Assembly: GCA_041488275.1 (NCBI GenBank)
Contig: JBGPOY010000004.1
Coordinates: 795 to 64,794 of the forward strand
Source of the DNA: Candidatus Nanoarchaeia archaeon
Lineage (GTDB): Archaea; Nanobdellota; Nanobdellia; Woesearchaeales; ARS49
Direction of reading: 5' to 3'
DNA: 64,000 nucleotides
Part shown: one piece after another, positions 54,564-63,924 of the stretch
How the letters are laid out: each line of letters begins with the position of its first letter
How positions within the stretch are numbered: the stretch's first letter is position 1
Notes under the pieces: model-generated
Database searches by the model: none
What the model was told of the DNA's origin: nothing
Seen by the model: the letters and a program-made list of their open reading frames with translations, nothing else
Program-made: the position numbers and the translations under genes

Positions 54564-55292
54564 GTGCGGAGAAGGGCTATGGAACATGACGTGCAAAAGG
54601 CAATTCTGCTGAAGCTGATTCATAATCCTACGCTCTCGTTCAACGAACTGTGGAACAAGGAAGGCGAGAGCAACAAGTTCGCCTACCACATCAATAAGAT
54701 GGAGTCCGACGGGCTTATTGCGAAGTCGCTCGAAGGAAAATACGCGCTCACCGCCGAAGGCAAGAAGCTGTCGGCGTTCATCGAAGGCGACACGGGAGGA
54801 CGTGCCGAGTTTCCGACGCTCACGATTTTTCAGTTGGTCTGGCGCGATGACGGTCGCTTGCTGTGCCAAAAGCGTTTGAAAGAACCGTTCTACGGCATGT
54901 GGGGTTTCGTGTCCGGCAAGCAGAACTTTGGCTGGAACATCCTTGAATGCGCGAAGCGCGACCTGAAGGAAGAAACGAACCTCGACTCGGGACCGTACAT
55001 CATTCGCGGCATCGAGCAGGTGAAAACGTACGAAGGCGGGAAATTATTGTTCCACCACTTCCTGATTGCCGTCGAGACGCGCAACCCAATCGGCGAATTG
55101 AAGGTGCGCTCGCACAAGGCCGAACACGTCTGGATGACGCCTGCCGAGTACAAGACGATGCCGCGCTTCCCCGAAACGTGGCCGTTGGATGACTTGTTCC
55201 ACAACAAGAAATTCCAAGTCATCGAAGGCGAACGCTATATGCAGGATGGGAAAGTTGTTGGCAGTAAGCTCGTGAGCAAGATAGAATTCTGA
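54564..55292 (+). CDS. Winged-helix DNA-binding domain fused to a NUDIX hydrolase domain
   Basis: N-terminal HTH (ILLKLIHNPTLSFNELWN) and Nudix box GMWGFVSGKQNFGWNILECAKRDLKEETNL. Confidence 0.75.
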   Translation: MRRRAMEHDVQKAILLKLIHNPTLSFNELWNKEGESNKFAYHINKMESDGLIAKSLEGKYALTAEGKKLSAFIEGDTGGRAEFPTLTIFQLVWRDDGRLLCQKRLKEPFYGMWGFVSGKQNFGWNILECAKRDLKEETNLDSGPYIIRGIEQVKTYEGGKLLFHHFLIAVETRNPIGELKVRSHKAEHVWMTPAEYKTMPRFPETWPLDDLFHNKKFQVIEGERYMQDGKVVGSKLVSKIEF

Positions 55293-55308
55293 AAGTTTCT
55301 TATAGGAG

Positions 55309-55821
55309 TTGGCGTTTCGCGTGACTATGGACGAAATTCAGGCATTGTATTTCAGGCACGTGCAGCAGGAAGCGCGCGTTGAGCACATCAAGAGCTCCGA
55401 CGCCTCAGCAGTCCTTCTGCCTTCCGCGGAAGCGTATCTTGCAAAACTCGCTGCGCAGATTGAGCATCATCCTCGGCGTTTGCCGTTGAAGGATGAACTG
55501 GAAGCCAAGCTCCAACTCATTGCAGCACAGCTTGATCAGGAACAGGGCTCGAAAGGACTGTGCTTCACGTGCGAGAACTACGTCAAGAAGGAAGATTTGC
55601 CGGACCTCGATGCCATTGCGTGCGAACGCATTTCTCCACCGTTGAGATTCCGAGACGAGCCGCTCGTCATCTGCCCGCAATACGTGAAGGGCGATTGGGT
55701 CGCGCAGGCCGCATTCAAGGTGCTTGAGACGGTCTCTTCAGACACGGCAGGTGCGCTCAAATCGCTGCAGCAGAAATATCGGTCTGAACTCGAGAAAACA
55801 GATTCTGCGCGACGCTTCTAG
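55309..55821 (+). CDS. Hypothetical protein (170 aa)
   Basis: ORF with a C-x2-C...C...C pattern; no family recognised. Confidence 0.4.
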   Translation: MAFRVTMDEIQALYFRHVQQEARVEHIKSSDASAVLLPSAEAYLAKLAAQIEHHPRRLPLKDELEAKLQLIAAQLDQEQGSKGLCFTCENYVKKEDLPDLDAIACERISPPLRFRDEPLVICPQYVKGDWVAQAAFKVLETVSSDTAGALKSLQQKYRSELEKTDSARRF

Positions 55822-56918
55822 CTCAAGTGAATTTCGACAATGTCGCCGTCTTGTAGCTCTTTTTCGAGGTTGCGGAACAATTGCCCGGGGAACTTGGCGG
55901 ACTTGCCCCAGATTTTCGCGAAACGGAACTTCGTGACAAAGTCACGGTGAAGCGTGTCGCACACCGTGCGTAACGTCGAGCCTTTTCTCAGCACCAAAGG
56001 TTCGTCGAGGTCGGGCTTCTTGTTGACTTCCTTGAGATACAGCCGAATAAACCGCAAGCCCTGAAAAATCGTTTCCTTCAGCTTCTCGATGTTCTTTCCC
56101 TGCGAGGCGGAAATGAAGACGTCGGGCTTGATGGTCTGCTTGATGTGCTCAATCTGCGCGGGCGTGGCGAGGTCCATCTTGCTCACGACCGTGATGGACG
56201 GAATGTACTTTCGGTTGCCTTCGACGACGTCAATCAATTGGTCGACGTCAATGTCGGTGCGAATCATCACGTCGGCGTTGTTGATTTTGAATTCGCGCAA
56301 CACCGCGGCGATGATTTCGTACGTGAGCTTGGTGAGCTTGACGGTCGAGCCGATATCCAATCCGCCTTTCGATTTCTTGACGATTTTCACGTCGGGAGCG
56401 CGCTGGTTGATGCGCACGCCGGTTTCGTAGACTTCGCCCAAAATCGCCTGATAGTGTTCAGGGTTCAGCGCGTCGATCAGGATGAGGACCAAGTCCGAGT
56501 TGCGCACCATCGCGAGAACTTCTTTTCCTCTGCCCGTGCCTGCTGCGGCTCCCTGGACGATGCCGGGAACGTCAAGAATCTGGACTTTTGCCTTGTTGTA
56601 CTCCATCACGCCGGGAACGACCGTGAGCGTGGTGAATTGGTATGCCGCGACCTTTGATTTCGCGCCGGTGAGCGCGTTCAAGAGCGTGGATTTACCGACG
56701 GAAGGAAAGCCGAGCAACACGACCGTCGCGTCCCCGGTCTTCTTGACAAACCAGCCCGAGTCGCTTTTGCCGATGCCCGCGCGCTTTTCAACCGTGCCTT
56801 TCAACTTGGCAAGCTGCGCTTTCATCACGCCGAACGCGTGCTGAGTGGCCTTGTTGTACTTCGCAGTACTCAGCTGGTGTTCGAGTTCCTGAATGCGGTC
56901 GTTGATTTTGGCGCTCAT
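55818..56918 (-). CDS. DRG-family (developmentally regulated GTP-binding protein) Obg-like GTPase with C-terminal TGS domain
   Basis: NKATQHAFGVMKAQLAKLK N-terminus, G1 GFPSVGKST, G3 DVPG, TGS-like C-terminal segment. Confidence 0.85.
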   Translation of the reverse strand: MSAKINDRIQELEHQLSTAKYNKATQHAFGVMKAQLAKLKGTVEKRAGIGKSDSGWFVKKTGDATVVLLGFPSVGKSTLLNALTGAKSKVAAYQFTTLTVVPGVMEYNKAKVQILDVPGIVQGAAAGTGRGKEVLAMVRNSDLVLILIDALNPEHYQAILGEVYETGVRINQRAPDVKIVKKSKGGLDIGSTVKLTKLTYEIIAAVLREFKINNADVMIRTDIDVDQLIDVVEGNRKYIPSITVVSKMDLATPAQIEHIKQTIKPDVFISASQGKNIEKLKETIFQGLRFIRLYLKEVNKKPDLDEPLVLRKGSTLRTVCDTLHRDFVTKFRFAKIWGKSAKFPGQLFRNLEKELQDGDIVEIHLS

Positions 56919-56974
56919 CGTGTTTGTCCTTCACGCCCCAACCTTTTTAAACCCTGCGAATGCCAACAGAGAGT

Positions 56975-57544
56975 ATGGCGTTCAGCGATATCACGAACTG
57001 GTTCCTGGCGGTAGTCAAACCGCTCGCGTCCAACCTCGTCGTCGCCGTGGTCGTGCTGCTCATCGGCATCATTCTTGCCCGCATTGTCGAACGCGTCGTT
57101 TTGCGCATCCTGCACGAGCTGGAGCTCGACAAGTGGCTCCGGAAGGCGGGCTTGAAGTTCGCGATGGAGCAGACCGTCTCGCACGTCGTGCGGTACGTCA
57201 TTTACTTCATCACCGTCATCGCCGCGTTGAACCGCGTCGGGCTGACGAGCTTTGTGCTGAACATCCTCGCCGCGGGCGTCATCGTGCTCGTCATCGCCGC
57301 CATCCTGCTGGGCGTGAAGGACTTCATCCCCAACTTCATGGCGGGCTTGCGAATCCACCACCGCGGCTTTGTCAAAGTCGGCGACGTCATTCGTGTGCGA
57401 GACTTAGAAGGCGAAGTGCGCCAGATTAATCTCTTGGACACGCGCATCAAGACGGTGTCAGGAGACTTGCTGTTCGTTCCGAACTCGATGCTGACGAAAC
57501 ACGAAGTTCTCAGGCACAAACGAAAGAAGACGATGCTGAAGTAA
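56975..57544 (+). CDS. Small-conductance mechanosensitive channel (MscS family, short form)
   Basis: Transmembrane helices followed by the MscS beta-domain (VKVGDVIRVRDLEGEVRQINLLDTRIKTVSGDLLFVPNS). Start at the second Met by TATA spacing. Confidence 0.7.
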   Translation: MAFSDITNWFLAVVKPLASNLVVAVVVLLIGIILARIVERVVLRILHELELDKWLRKAGLKFAMEQTVSHVVRYVIYFITVIAALNRVGLTSFVLNILAAGVIVLVIAAILLGVKDFIPNFMAGLRIHHRGFVKVGDVIRVRDLEGEVRQINLLDTRIKTVSGDLLFVPNSMLTKHEVLRHKRKKTMLK

Positions 57545-57545
57545 G

Positions 57546-58511
57546 TCAGAATTCGTTGAGATCTTTAATCAGTCCATTTACATCGGCGCGTTCGTAAAAC
57601 TCTTTCGGGATAGCGTGTTTCTTCAACAATTCCTCGATGCCTTTCGTTGTTTCTGCGGTTTCTTTGACTGACTCCGCGACGGTTGTTTCCATCTTTTTCA
57701 GTTCATCGCGGTCGCTTTCGAGTTTGCGAGTTACCATGGATTCGTAGTTCTTCAGCACGCAACAGACCAGCCCTTGCGTTTCCCTGTCAGTAATAGTAAG
57801 CTTCGGTAACATCTGGTAAAATTCGGAGAAGGTCTCGGAAATTCCTGATGCGTCGTACTCGCTCATTCCTTCAGAGTCGTCTAAACTCCAGCCACCGTGC
57901 TTGAGCATATCGGTCAGCGTTTCTTTGAGTGAACTTTGATATTCGGTGATGTACGCTTTCTCTCCCGTTTCTCGGATGGACGTGAGCCGTTCAGGAGCGA
58001 TGGCGTATCCAATCCTCTCGGCCCAGGTTTCTGCGACTCGAATGTTTTTTTCATATGCAGGAAAGCCGGTGCAAGCATGTGCGTTTTTGACGGCTTCTTC
58101 CAGTTCAGACTCAATGGCGCGCGGAGTGGGCGTTACGACAGTACCGGACTCGTCCCTGCTCACGTGCTTGACGTCAAAGGGGTCGTCGCGCTTGACGAGG
58201 GTAGTATGAATTATTGAATCACAGGAGTTGCAGTAGAGTCCCGCTTCGCCGATGTACGGAGAATTGAGATGAGGCTCTTGCCTGATAAAAATTTCAGTGC
58301 GCGGCATGCCTTTTCGGGTCATGCTGCAGTTGCCGCAGGTATAGCTAGCAATGCGGGTGAGTGCTGCATAGTCAAGTTTGGACGCGGCCATGTGTGGGTC
58401 GCTGCAATGGCGGTCAGAAATCAAGGCACGTTCATCGCTCGTCAGCGGAAGTACTGCAGAACTCTTGGTATCGCTCAACCATACGTGTTGTTCCTGCAGT
58501 TCCGTCGGCAT
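57546..58511 (-). CDS. Hypothetical protein with an N-terminal CxxC...CxxC zinc ribbon; lower GC than surrounding genes
   Basis: 321 aa ORF, YTCGNCS...YCNSCDS. Base composition visibly AT-richer than its neighbours. Confidence 0.5.
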   Translation of the reverse strand: MPTELQEQHVWLSDTKSSAVLPLTSDERALISDRHCSDPHMAASKLDYAALTRIASYTCGNCSMTRKGMPRTEIFIRQEPHLNSPYIGEAGLYCNSCDSIIHTTLVKRDDPFDVKHVSRDESGTVVTPTPRAIESELEEAVKNAHACTGFPAYEKNIRVAETWAERIGYAIAPERLTSIRETGEKAYITEYQSSLKETLTDMLKHGGWSLDDSEGMSEYDASGISETFSEFYQMLPKLTITDRETQGLVCCVLKNYESMVTRKLESDRDELKKMETTVAESVKETAETTKGIEELLKKHAIPKEFYERADVNGLIKDLNEF

Positions 58512-58556
58512 TCCTGAAGCAAGGGAGAATCGCTTTAAATGGTTTTAGCTAGTGAA

Positions 58557-58802
58557 TCACACAATTTCGAGAAGACTCACAACGCTAAACAATTGCGTCC
58601 GCATGTGTGACGGGATGTTGATGTCGTCGGAGATGCTTTCGAGTTCGTGCAGCGCTTTGGAGACGTCGACTTTGCCGCCGTTGCTTTCGAGCAGGCGAAT
58701 TGTTCCGACAATCTTGGCCCGCGCGTTCTTCGGCACGGTCGAGTCCTGTTCGAGTTCGCGGAGAAGCATGAGTGCTTGCATAAGAGAATCCATCGTCATC
58801 AC
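58557..58802 (-). CDS. UPF0147-family small archaeal protein
   Basis: 81 aa. TVPKNARAKIVGTIRLLESNG...DINIPSHMRTQLFSVVSLLE matches the UPF0147 pattern. Confidence 0.65.
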   Translation of the reverse strand: MMTMDSLMQALMLLRELEQDSTVPKNARAKIVGTIRLLESNGGKVDVSKALHELESISDDINIPSHMRTQLFSVVSLLEIV

Positions 58803-58807
58803 CGTTG

Positions 58808-59140
58808 TTATTTTTTCATCTGCTTCATGACTTCGTCCTGCAGGATCTTCAACTTCTCGCGCAATTGCGCTTCCTGCTTTTCGAACGTCTTGACGCGAAG
58901 CTCCACGAGCTCTTTTTTCTGCTCCAACTCTTTTTTGAGAGTGTCCTTGTCGGACGCGACCATGATGTTGCCGATGATTTTGTACGCCTGCGGCGCGTGC
59001 GCGATTTCTTTCAGCGCGCTTTCCAACTCGTACAATTGCGTCTGAAACTGCTGTTTCTGAGCGACCAATTGCTGGACGTTCTGGTCAAGCAGTTGAAGAC
59101 GTTGGAGCTGTTCCTGTTGCGACGAGGAAAGCTCAGCCAT
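58808..59140 (-). CDS. pfdB: Prefoldin beta subunit
   Basis: 110 aa coiled coil-hairpin-coiled coil (KIIGNIMVASDKD beta hairpin). Confidence 0.8.
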   Translation of the reverse strand: MAELSSSQQEQLQRLQLLDQNVQQLVAQKQQFQTQLYELESALKEIAHAPQAYKIIGNIMVASDKDTLKKELEQKKELVELRVKTFEKQEAQLREKLKILQDEVMKQMKK

Positions 59141-59148
59141 AGCGAGAA

Positions 59149-59286
59149 CTAAACCGCCTTAATTTTGGTGGTCGTGGTGCGGGGCTTGTACAGCATCTTG
59201 CTGCTGCAGTACGGGCACCGGATGCGCTTGCCGAGCAGGTCTTCGCTGATTCTGCGTCCGCAGTTGAAACAGGCGTACTTGACCAT
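59149..59286 (-). CDS. rpoP: DNA-directed RNA polymerase subunit P (Rpo12/RpoP), 45 aa zinc ribbon
   Basis: MVKYACFNCGRRISEDLLGKRIRCPYCSSKMLYKPRTTTTKIKAV, hand-translated. Its start overlaps the L37ae stop by 1 nt (TAATG). Too short for the ORF track. Confidence 0.75.
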   Translation of the reverse strand: MVKYACFNCGRRISEDLLGKRIRCPYCSSKMLYKPRTTTTKIKAV

Positions 59287-59618
59287 TACGCTTCCTCCTC
59301 GGCGAGCTCTTGCTTGCGGGCTTCAGCGGCAATCTTTTGTGACGCTTCGATTTCCGCGGGGGTGCGCTCGGCCGCCTGCTTCTTGCTGAACGTGAGAGAT
59401 TTCGTGACCGAATAGGCCTTGCCGGTGAATTTGTGTCCGCACTTTCTGCATTCGAAGATGCCGAAGCTCAGCCAGCCGACCTTGACCTTGCCGCACGACG
59501 GGCAGGTGTGGAACTTGCGCTGCTCTTCCTCGATGACGGCGAGCTTGATCTTGTTCGTCGGACCGTAGCGGGTGCCGAATCGTTTTGCGCTTTTGAGTCC
59601 GATTTTTTGTTCTGGCAT
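59286..59618 (-). CDS. rpl37ae: Ribosomal protein L37ae (eL43) with a Glu/Ala-rich C-terminal tail
   Basis: GTRYGPTNKIKLAVIEEEQRKFHTCPSCG...CRKCG zinc ribbon. Confidence 0.85.
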   Translation of the reverse strand: MPEQKIGLKSAKRFGTRYGPTNKIKLAVIEEEQRKFHTCPSCGKVKVGWLSFGIFECRKCGHKFTGKAYSVTKSLTFSKKQAAERTPAEIEASQKIAAEARKQELAEEEA

Positions 59619-59659
59619 AGAGAATCACCGATGATTGTGTTTGTTGTGGTTGCAGCGAG

Positions 59660-59734
59660 TGGGGCTGCCCGGATTTGAACCGGGATCCCCTGGACCCAAG
59701 CCAGGAAGCCGAACCAAGTTAGCAGACAGCCCCA
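59660..59734 (-). tRNA. tRNA-Pro (anticodon TGG)
   Basis: Acceptor ggggctg/cagcccc, anticodon stem cctgg/ccagg with loop ctTGGgt, T arm cccgg-ttcaaat-ccggg. Close sequence relative of the tRNA-Pro(CGG) at 25004-25077. Confidence 0.7.
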
Positions 59735-59761
59735 GTATACCTCACGAATCCTGAGGGGGGG

Positions 59762-59811
59762 TTATAAAGGTTTCGAGCAGGCACTCGAAACTTCACCGAG
59801 CGGCCTCGGTG
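59762..59811 (-). promoter_or_regulatory. tRNA-Pro(TGG) promoter region: reverse TATA (ttataaagg), inverted repeat tttcgag/ctcgaaa, and palindrome CACCGAGcggcCTCGGTG (59794-59811)
   Basis: Read directly from the sequence. The reverse TATA is about 28 bp from the tRNA 5' end. Confidence 0.5.
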
Positions 59812-59829
59812 TAGCTTTCGCGCAGACGC

Positions 59830-60687
59830 TTAGGACGGCGTCAGGTCCTCGACACCGAGCTGGTCGTGCGTCGCGGTGGGGAGGATGTGGAGCCCCTGCC
59901 CGCCGAGCCAGAACGCTGCCGCCGACGCGAGCACGACGTGACTCGAGGGAGCGTCTTTGCCGACCGAAATGAGGACGTTGTTGCCGATGACGATGAGCAC
60001 GCTGCCGCCGAGGGCGTCGAGCGTGACGTCGCCCGGCTGAAGGATTTGGACGGTCGCGAGAGGATAGTTTGCGGTGTAATACTTCTGCAGTTCTTTTGCG
60101 AGCGTTTCCCCGCTGTTGGTGGTGTCGATGATGACGTTGCCTGCCGCGGACGACTGTCCGGCTTCGACAGCGTTCGCCGCCCTGTACACCTTCAGCAGGT
60201 CTTTCGCGAGCGGGAGGTCGGTGGTGTCAAGCACAACGCGCCCTTCCTTGTACTTCGCATCGGCAAAGTGCGTGACGACATCCTTTGCCGCGGCGCGCGT
60301 GTCCTTGCCGGACGTTCCGCCGATAAGCAGGAGAGACTTGCCTGAAGCCGTTTGAACCGAAACGATAACCGCGGTGTGGTTGCCGTACTGCCAGCCGTCG
60401 CAGGTGTCGCCCGCGAGCGACGTCCACAGGGAATTCGCGCACGGTCCGCCCAAAATCACCTGCGTCGCTTCTTTCGTTCCGGCGACGCTGTAGTTCTTCA
60501 CGCCGAATTCGTTGGCGAACGCGAACGAGGCATACTCGTCGTCCGCGTTCTTCTGCGGCCCGATGACCACACTCGGCGCGGCGTCCGTGTAGAACGACTC
60601 GAACGCCTCCTTGACCGAAAACGCGGAAGCGACGGGAACGAGCAATAGGACGGAAAGAATAATCGAGACCAGCAGTGTTTGTTTCAT
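59830..60687 (-). CDS. Secreted hypothetical protein (signal peptide, 285 aa)
   Basis: MKQTLLVSIILSVLLLVPVASA signal peptide. No family recognised. Confidence 0.55.
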   Translation of the reverse strand: MKQTLLVSIILSVLLLVPVASAFSVKEAFESFYTDAAPSVVIGPQKNADDEYASFAFANEFGVKNYSVAGTKEATQVILGGPCANSLWTSLAGDTCDGWQYGNHTAVIVSVQTASGKSLLLIGGTSGKDTRAAAKDVVTHFADAKYKEGRVVLDTTDLPLAKDLLKVYRAANAVEAGQSSAAGNVIIDTTNSGETLAKELQKYYTANYPLATVQILQPGDVTLDALGGSVLIVIGNNVLISVGKDAPSSHVVLASAAAFWLGGQGLHILPTATHDQLGVEDLTPS

Positions 60688-61319
60688 GCGCTCACCTTTT
60701 TGTAGAAACTTTTTGCGGACACAAAGTACGGAAGGCCAAGACGCTTTGCAATCTGGCGCGTGTTCTTCCGGTACCCGAAAATTGCAATGGGCTTGATGTT
60801 GACGATACGGTGATAGACCACTTCGTTGTACTGGATGAGTCGGTACTTCTGCCGCTCAAGGCGAGGATGTCCGTGCTTCATGCGGAACGCATTGACGGAC
60901 TTCAGCACTGCTTTCGGCGAAGGATATTTTTTCAGCAGCGCGTGAAAATCTTTGAACATGAATTTTTCGTAGCCCGGAATGAGCTTGTGGCTGTAATACA
61001 TGTGCAGGTTGTCCTTGATGCGGTAGTAGTGCACGACCAGTTTCTTCGCGTCGCTCAAGAGGACCAAGTCAAACGGAGAAATATAGTCCGGTTTCTGCTT
61101 GGTTTGGAAGATGATGCCTTGCGGGCGGTAGGTTTTGGTGTACTGCTTGTCCAGAATGGTGCAGGACAGCCGCATTTTTCTCCCGAAACTCTTCGTGTTG
61201 GGGAGGATGCGCTTTCTCCGAACCATGTCCGTGACGGTCTGGAATGACACCTTCTTTTTTCCTTTGAGCGTCTTGGAGACAAAATCTTCCTCCAGGGACT
61301 TCACGAAATACAGTTGCAC
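60684..61319 (-). CDS. Basic (Lys/Arg-rich) hypothetical protein with a possible PD-(D/E)xK-like motif (PFDLVLLSDAKK); lower GC
   Basis: 211 aa. GC visibly lower than its neighbours. The motif assignment is tentative. Confidence 0.45.
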   Translation of the reverse strand: MQLYFVKSLEEDFVSKTLKGKKKVSFQTVTDMVRRKRILPNTKSFGRKMRLSCTILDKQYTKTYRPQGIIFQTKQKPDYISPFDLVLLSDAKKLVVHYYRIKDNLHMYYSHKLIPGYEKFMFKDFHALLKKYPSPKAVLKSVNAFRMKHGHPRLERQKYRLIQYNEVVYHRIVNIKPIAIFGYRKNTRQIAKRLGLPYFVSAKSFYKKVSA

Positions 61320-61399
61320 GATTTTAAAGAGCGGTCGCGGTTATAAAAACCTTCTGTGTCACCAAACCTTTAAATATCGTCCGTGAGGGAGAAGAGACC

Positions 61400-62503
61400 A
61401 TGTCTCTCAGCGCGCATCAGCGTTTCGAACTCAAGAAGTTCCTGAAGGAACTCGAAGGCAAGCGCGGCAGGCATACCGAACTCGTGTCGGTGTGGGTCCC
61501 TGCCGGGTACGACTTGATCAAGGTCATCCAGCAGCTGCAGGAAGAGCAAGGAACGGCAGCGAACATCAAGAGCGCGACCACGCGCCGAAACGTCACGGAC
61601 GCGCTCGAACGCATGATTCAACATCTCCGTGTCGTAGGAAGAACGCCCACGAACGGTTTGCTCGCGTTTTCAGGCAACGTTTCCGAGAAAGAAGGCGGCA
61701 TTGACGTGCGCGTGTGGAGCATCGAGCCGCCCATCCCCATCAACCAGCGGTTGTATCGGTGCGACAAGGATTTCAAGCTCGAAATTTTGACGGACATGCT
61801 GCAGGCCAAGGAAGCGTATGGCTTGGTCGTGATGGATGCGCGCGACGCCACCATCGCCGTGCTCAAGGGCAAGTCCATCATCCCGCTCGTCAAGACGCAC
61901 TCGGAAGTGCCGGGTAAAATGAAAGCGGGAGGCCAGTCCGCGCACCGTTTCCAGCAAAACCGCGAGCTCGCTGCGAAGCAGCATTACATCAAGGTCGCCG
62001 ATTACATGAAGGAACAGTTCCTGATGATGGAAGGCCTGAAAGGCATTCTCGTCGGCGGCCCCGGTCCGACGAAGTACGAGCTTGTTGAAGGGTCGTTCAT
62101 CACCAACGACGTCAAGAAAAAAATCCTTGCGGTCAAGGACATCGCGTACACGGACGAGTTCGGCTTGCAGGAACTCGTCGACCGCTGCCAGGACGTGCTC
62201 GCGCAGGAAGAAATCGCGGGCGAGAAAAAAATCATGCTGCGCTTCTTCGAACTGCTCGCCACGAAAGGCGAAATGGTGACGTACGGCGAGTCGCAGACGC
62301 GCAAAGCGTTGGAAATGGGCGCCGTCGACACGCTGCTGCTTTCTGATTCGCTCACGGACGACAAAATTGACGAGTTCGAGGCCATCGCGAAGAACTACAG
62401 CACGACCGTCCAAATTATTTCCACCGAAACGCGCGAGGGCGTGCAGTTGCGCGACCTCGGCAAAATCGCAAGCATTCTCCGCTACCCGGCAAACCTCGAA
62501 TGA
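61400..62503 (+). CDS. prf1: Peptide chain release factor aRF1
   Basis: NIKS and GGQ motifs (TAANIKSATT; KAGGQSAHRF). Confidence 0.9.
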   Translation: MSLSAHQRFELKKFLKELEGKRGRHTELVSVWVPAGYDLIKVIQQLQEEQGTAANIKSATTRRNVTDALERMIQHLRVVGRTPTNGLLAFSGNVSEKEGGIDVRVWSIEPPIPINQRLYRCDKDFKLEILTDMLQAKEAYGLVVMDARDATIAVLKGKSIIPLVKTHSEVPGKMKAGGQSAHRFQQNRELAAKQHYIKVADYMKEQFLMMEGLKGILVGGPGPTKYELVEGSFITNDVKKKILAVKDIAYTDEFGLQELVDRCQDVLAQEEIAGEKKIMLRFFELLATKGEMVTYGESQTRKALEMGAVDTLLLSDSLTDDKIDEFEAIAKNYSTTVQIISTETREGVQLRDLGKIASILRYPANLE

Positions 62504-63165
62504 ACGCAGACCTGATTGTCGAAGCATTCTCGCAATTGTATCCTGACAAACGTCCGAACTTTACTCCCGTATTGAAGTATTCCGGAAAATTCAAGGGCTT
62601 CAACGCCAACATCAAGATGCGCGGTTCGACGGTGTCCGTGAATTTGAGCAAGCAGTGGCGCGGCGTGAGCAAGGACATCCAGCTCGGACTGATTCAGGAC
62701 TTGCTTGCGCGATTGTCGAAGGACAAGCGCAGCACGGGCAACATCGAATTGTACCTTGCGTTTATGCGCAACGTCCATTACGCGGTGCCGAAAACGAAAC
62801 GTGATGACGTGCTCGAGGCGTCGTTCAACCGCGTCAACGAACGCTTCTTCAACGGGATGACGCAAATCACGAATTTTGCGTGGATGGACGGCACGCGGAC
62901 GCTCGGATTGTACGAGTACGGCACGGACACCATCAAGATGACGCGGTTGCTCGCCGAGCACCCGGACTTGATGGACTACGTGATGTACCATGAGATGCTG
63001 CACAAGAAGCACAAGTTCTACGCAACCGAGAAAGGCGGTCATCGACATCATTCGACCGCGTTCCGGGAAGACGAGGCAAGGTTCGGCGACACCGCCGCGC
63101 TCGACCGCCAAATCAGCCGCGTGATTTCCTCAGGCAAGCGGCGCTCAATGTGGTCCTGGTTCTGA
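62500..63165 (+). CDS. DUF45/YgjP-family HExxH metal-dependent hydrolase
   Basis: C-terminal YVMYHEMLHKKH motif. ATGA-coupled to aRF1. Confidence 0.7.
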   Translation: MNADLIVEAFSQLYPDKRPNFTPVLKYSGKFKGFNANIKMRGSTVSVNLSKQWRGVSKDIQLGLIQDLLARLSKDKRSTGNIELYLAFMRNVHYAVPKTKRDDVLEASFNRVNERFFNGMTQITNFAWMDGTRTLGLYEYGTDTIKMTRLLAEHPDLMDYVMYHEMLHKKHKFYATEKGGHRHHSTAFREDEARFGDTAALDRQISRVISSGKRRSMWSWF

Positions 63166-63200
63166 AAAGACTTTTATAGACGCACGCTCGACGCGCGGGT

Positions 63201-63590
63201 ATGAGTCTGGGTGAGTGGCTGGGAGAGTATCTCTTCGGTATCGAGACGATGCAGTGGTACGCCAAGCAGCGGCGGGAGTATAGTCTTCTCACGCATCCCG
63301 AAGACTTGGACGATAAACTCAGTAATTCGCTCAAGAATCAGGTCGAGCTGTTTCTCGCGTGTAAGTTCGCGCCCACGCTTGTCTCTGCGGTTTCTGCGTA
63401 CTTTGTCGTGTATACGCAAGAGCCCAAGTTCGCGATTGGCGTCTTTGCGGCGGAAGCGTTTCGCGTGTATTCCGCATGCGGGGAACGCGAATACAAGAAG
63501 TTCAACGAAGAATTACGGAAGCATATGTCTCCGTGGCGGCACGCAGTCCCGCGTCAGCCGTGGGAACAGCCGGAGAACTGGTGGAAGTAG
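63201..63590 (+). CDS. Hypothetical protein (129 aa)
   Basis: ORF with coding-like composition; no family recognised. Confidence 0.4.
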   Translation: MSLGEWLGEYLFGIETMQWYAKQRREYSLLTHPEDLDDKLSNSLKNQVELFLACKFAPTLVSAVSAYFVVYTQEPKFAIGVFAAEAFRVYSACGEREYKKFNEELRKHMSPWRHAVPRQPWEQPENWWK

Positions 63591-63607
63591 CGGCGTCAGG
63601 AAAACCG

Positions 63608-63874
63608 TTACCGTGCGAACGCTACCAACACGTGCCAGGCTGCTTTCGTGGTCGGGCTTTTGGTGTTCAGGGTGAATCCCTTGCCCAGGCGGCGCACGAC
63701 CTTGTACTTGCGGAGGTCGCGCCAGGCAGCGGGGAAACTTGCCTTGGAAACGTGCGCGTTGGAACGGATTTCCTGCGCGGAAAACGATATCCTGCGATTC
63801 TCTCCCAGAAAATCTACAATCCTAAAGAACGGCTCGTTGGTTATGAATTTCGGCAGTACGCCCATCGAAATCAC
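63608..63874 (-). CDS. Putative small winged-helix DNA-binding protein
   Basis: 88 aa. FRIVDFLGENRRISFSAQEI...AAWRDLRKYKVVRRLGKGF resembles wHTH regulators. Confidence 0.4.
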   Translation of the reverse strand: MISMGVLPKFITNEPFFRIVDFLGENRRISFSAQEIRSNAHVSKASFPAAWRDLRKYKVVRRLGKGFTLNTKSPTTKAAWHVLVAFAR

Positions 63875-63924
63875 CTCATGACTCGTGAGAATACGGTTGT
63901 GAATATAAATATGTCTGAGCGCGG

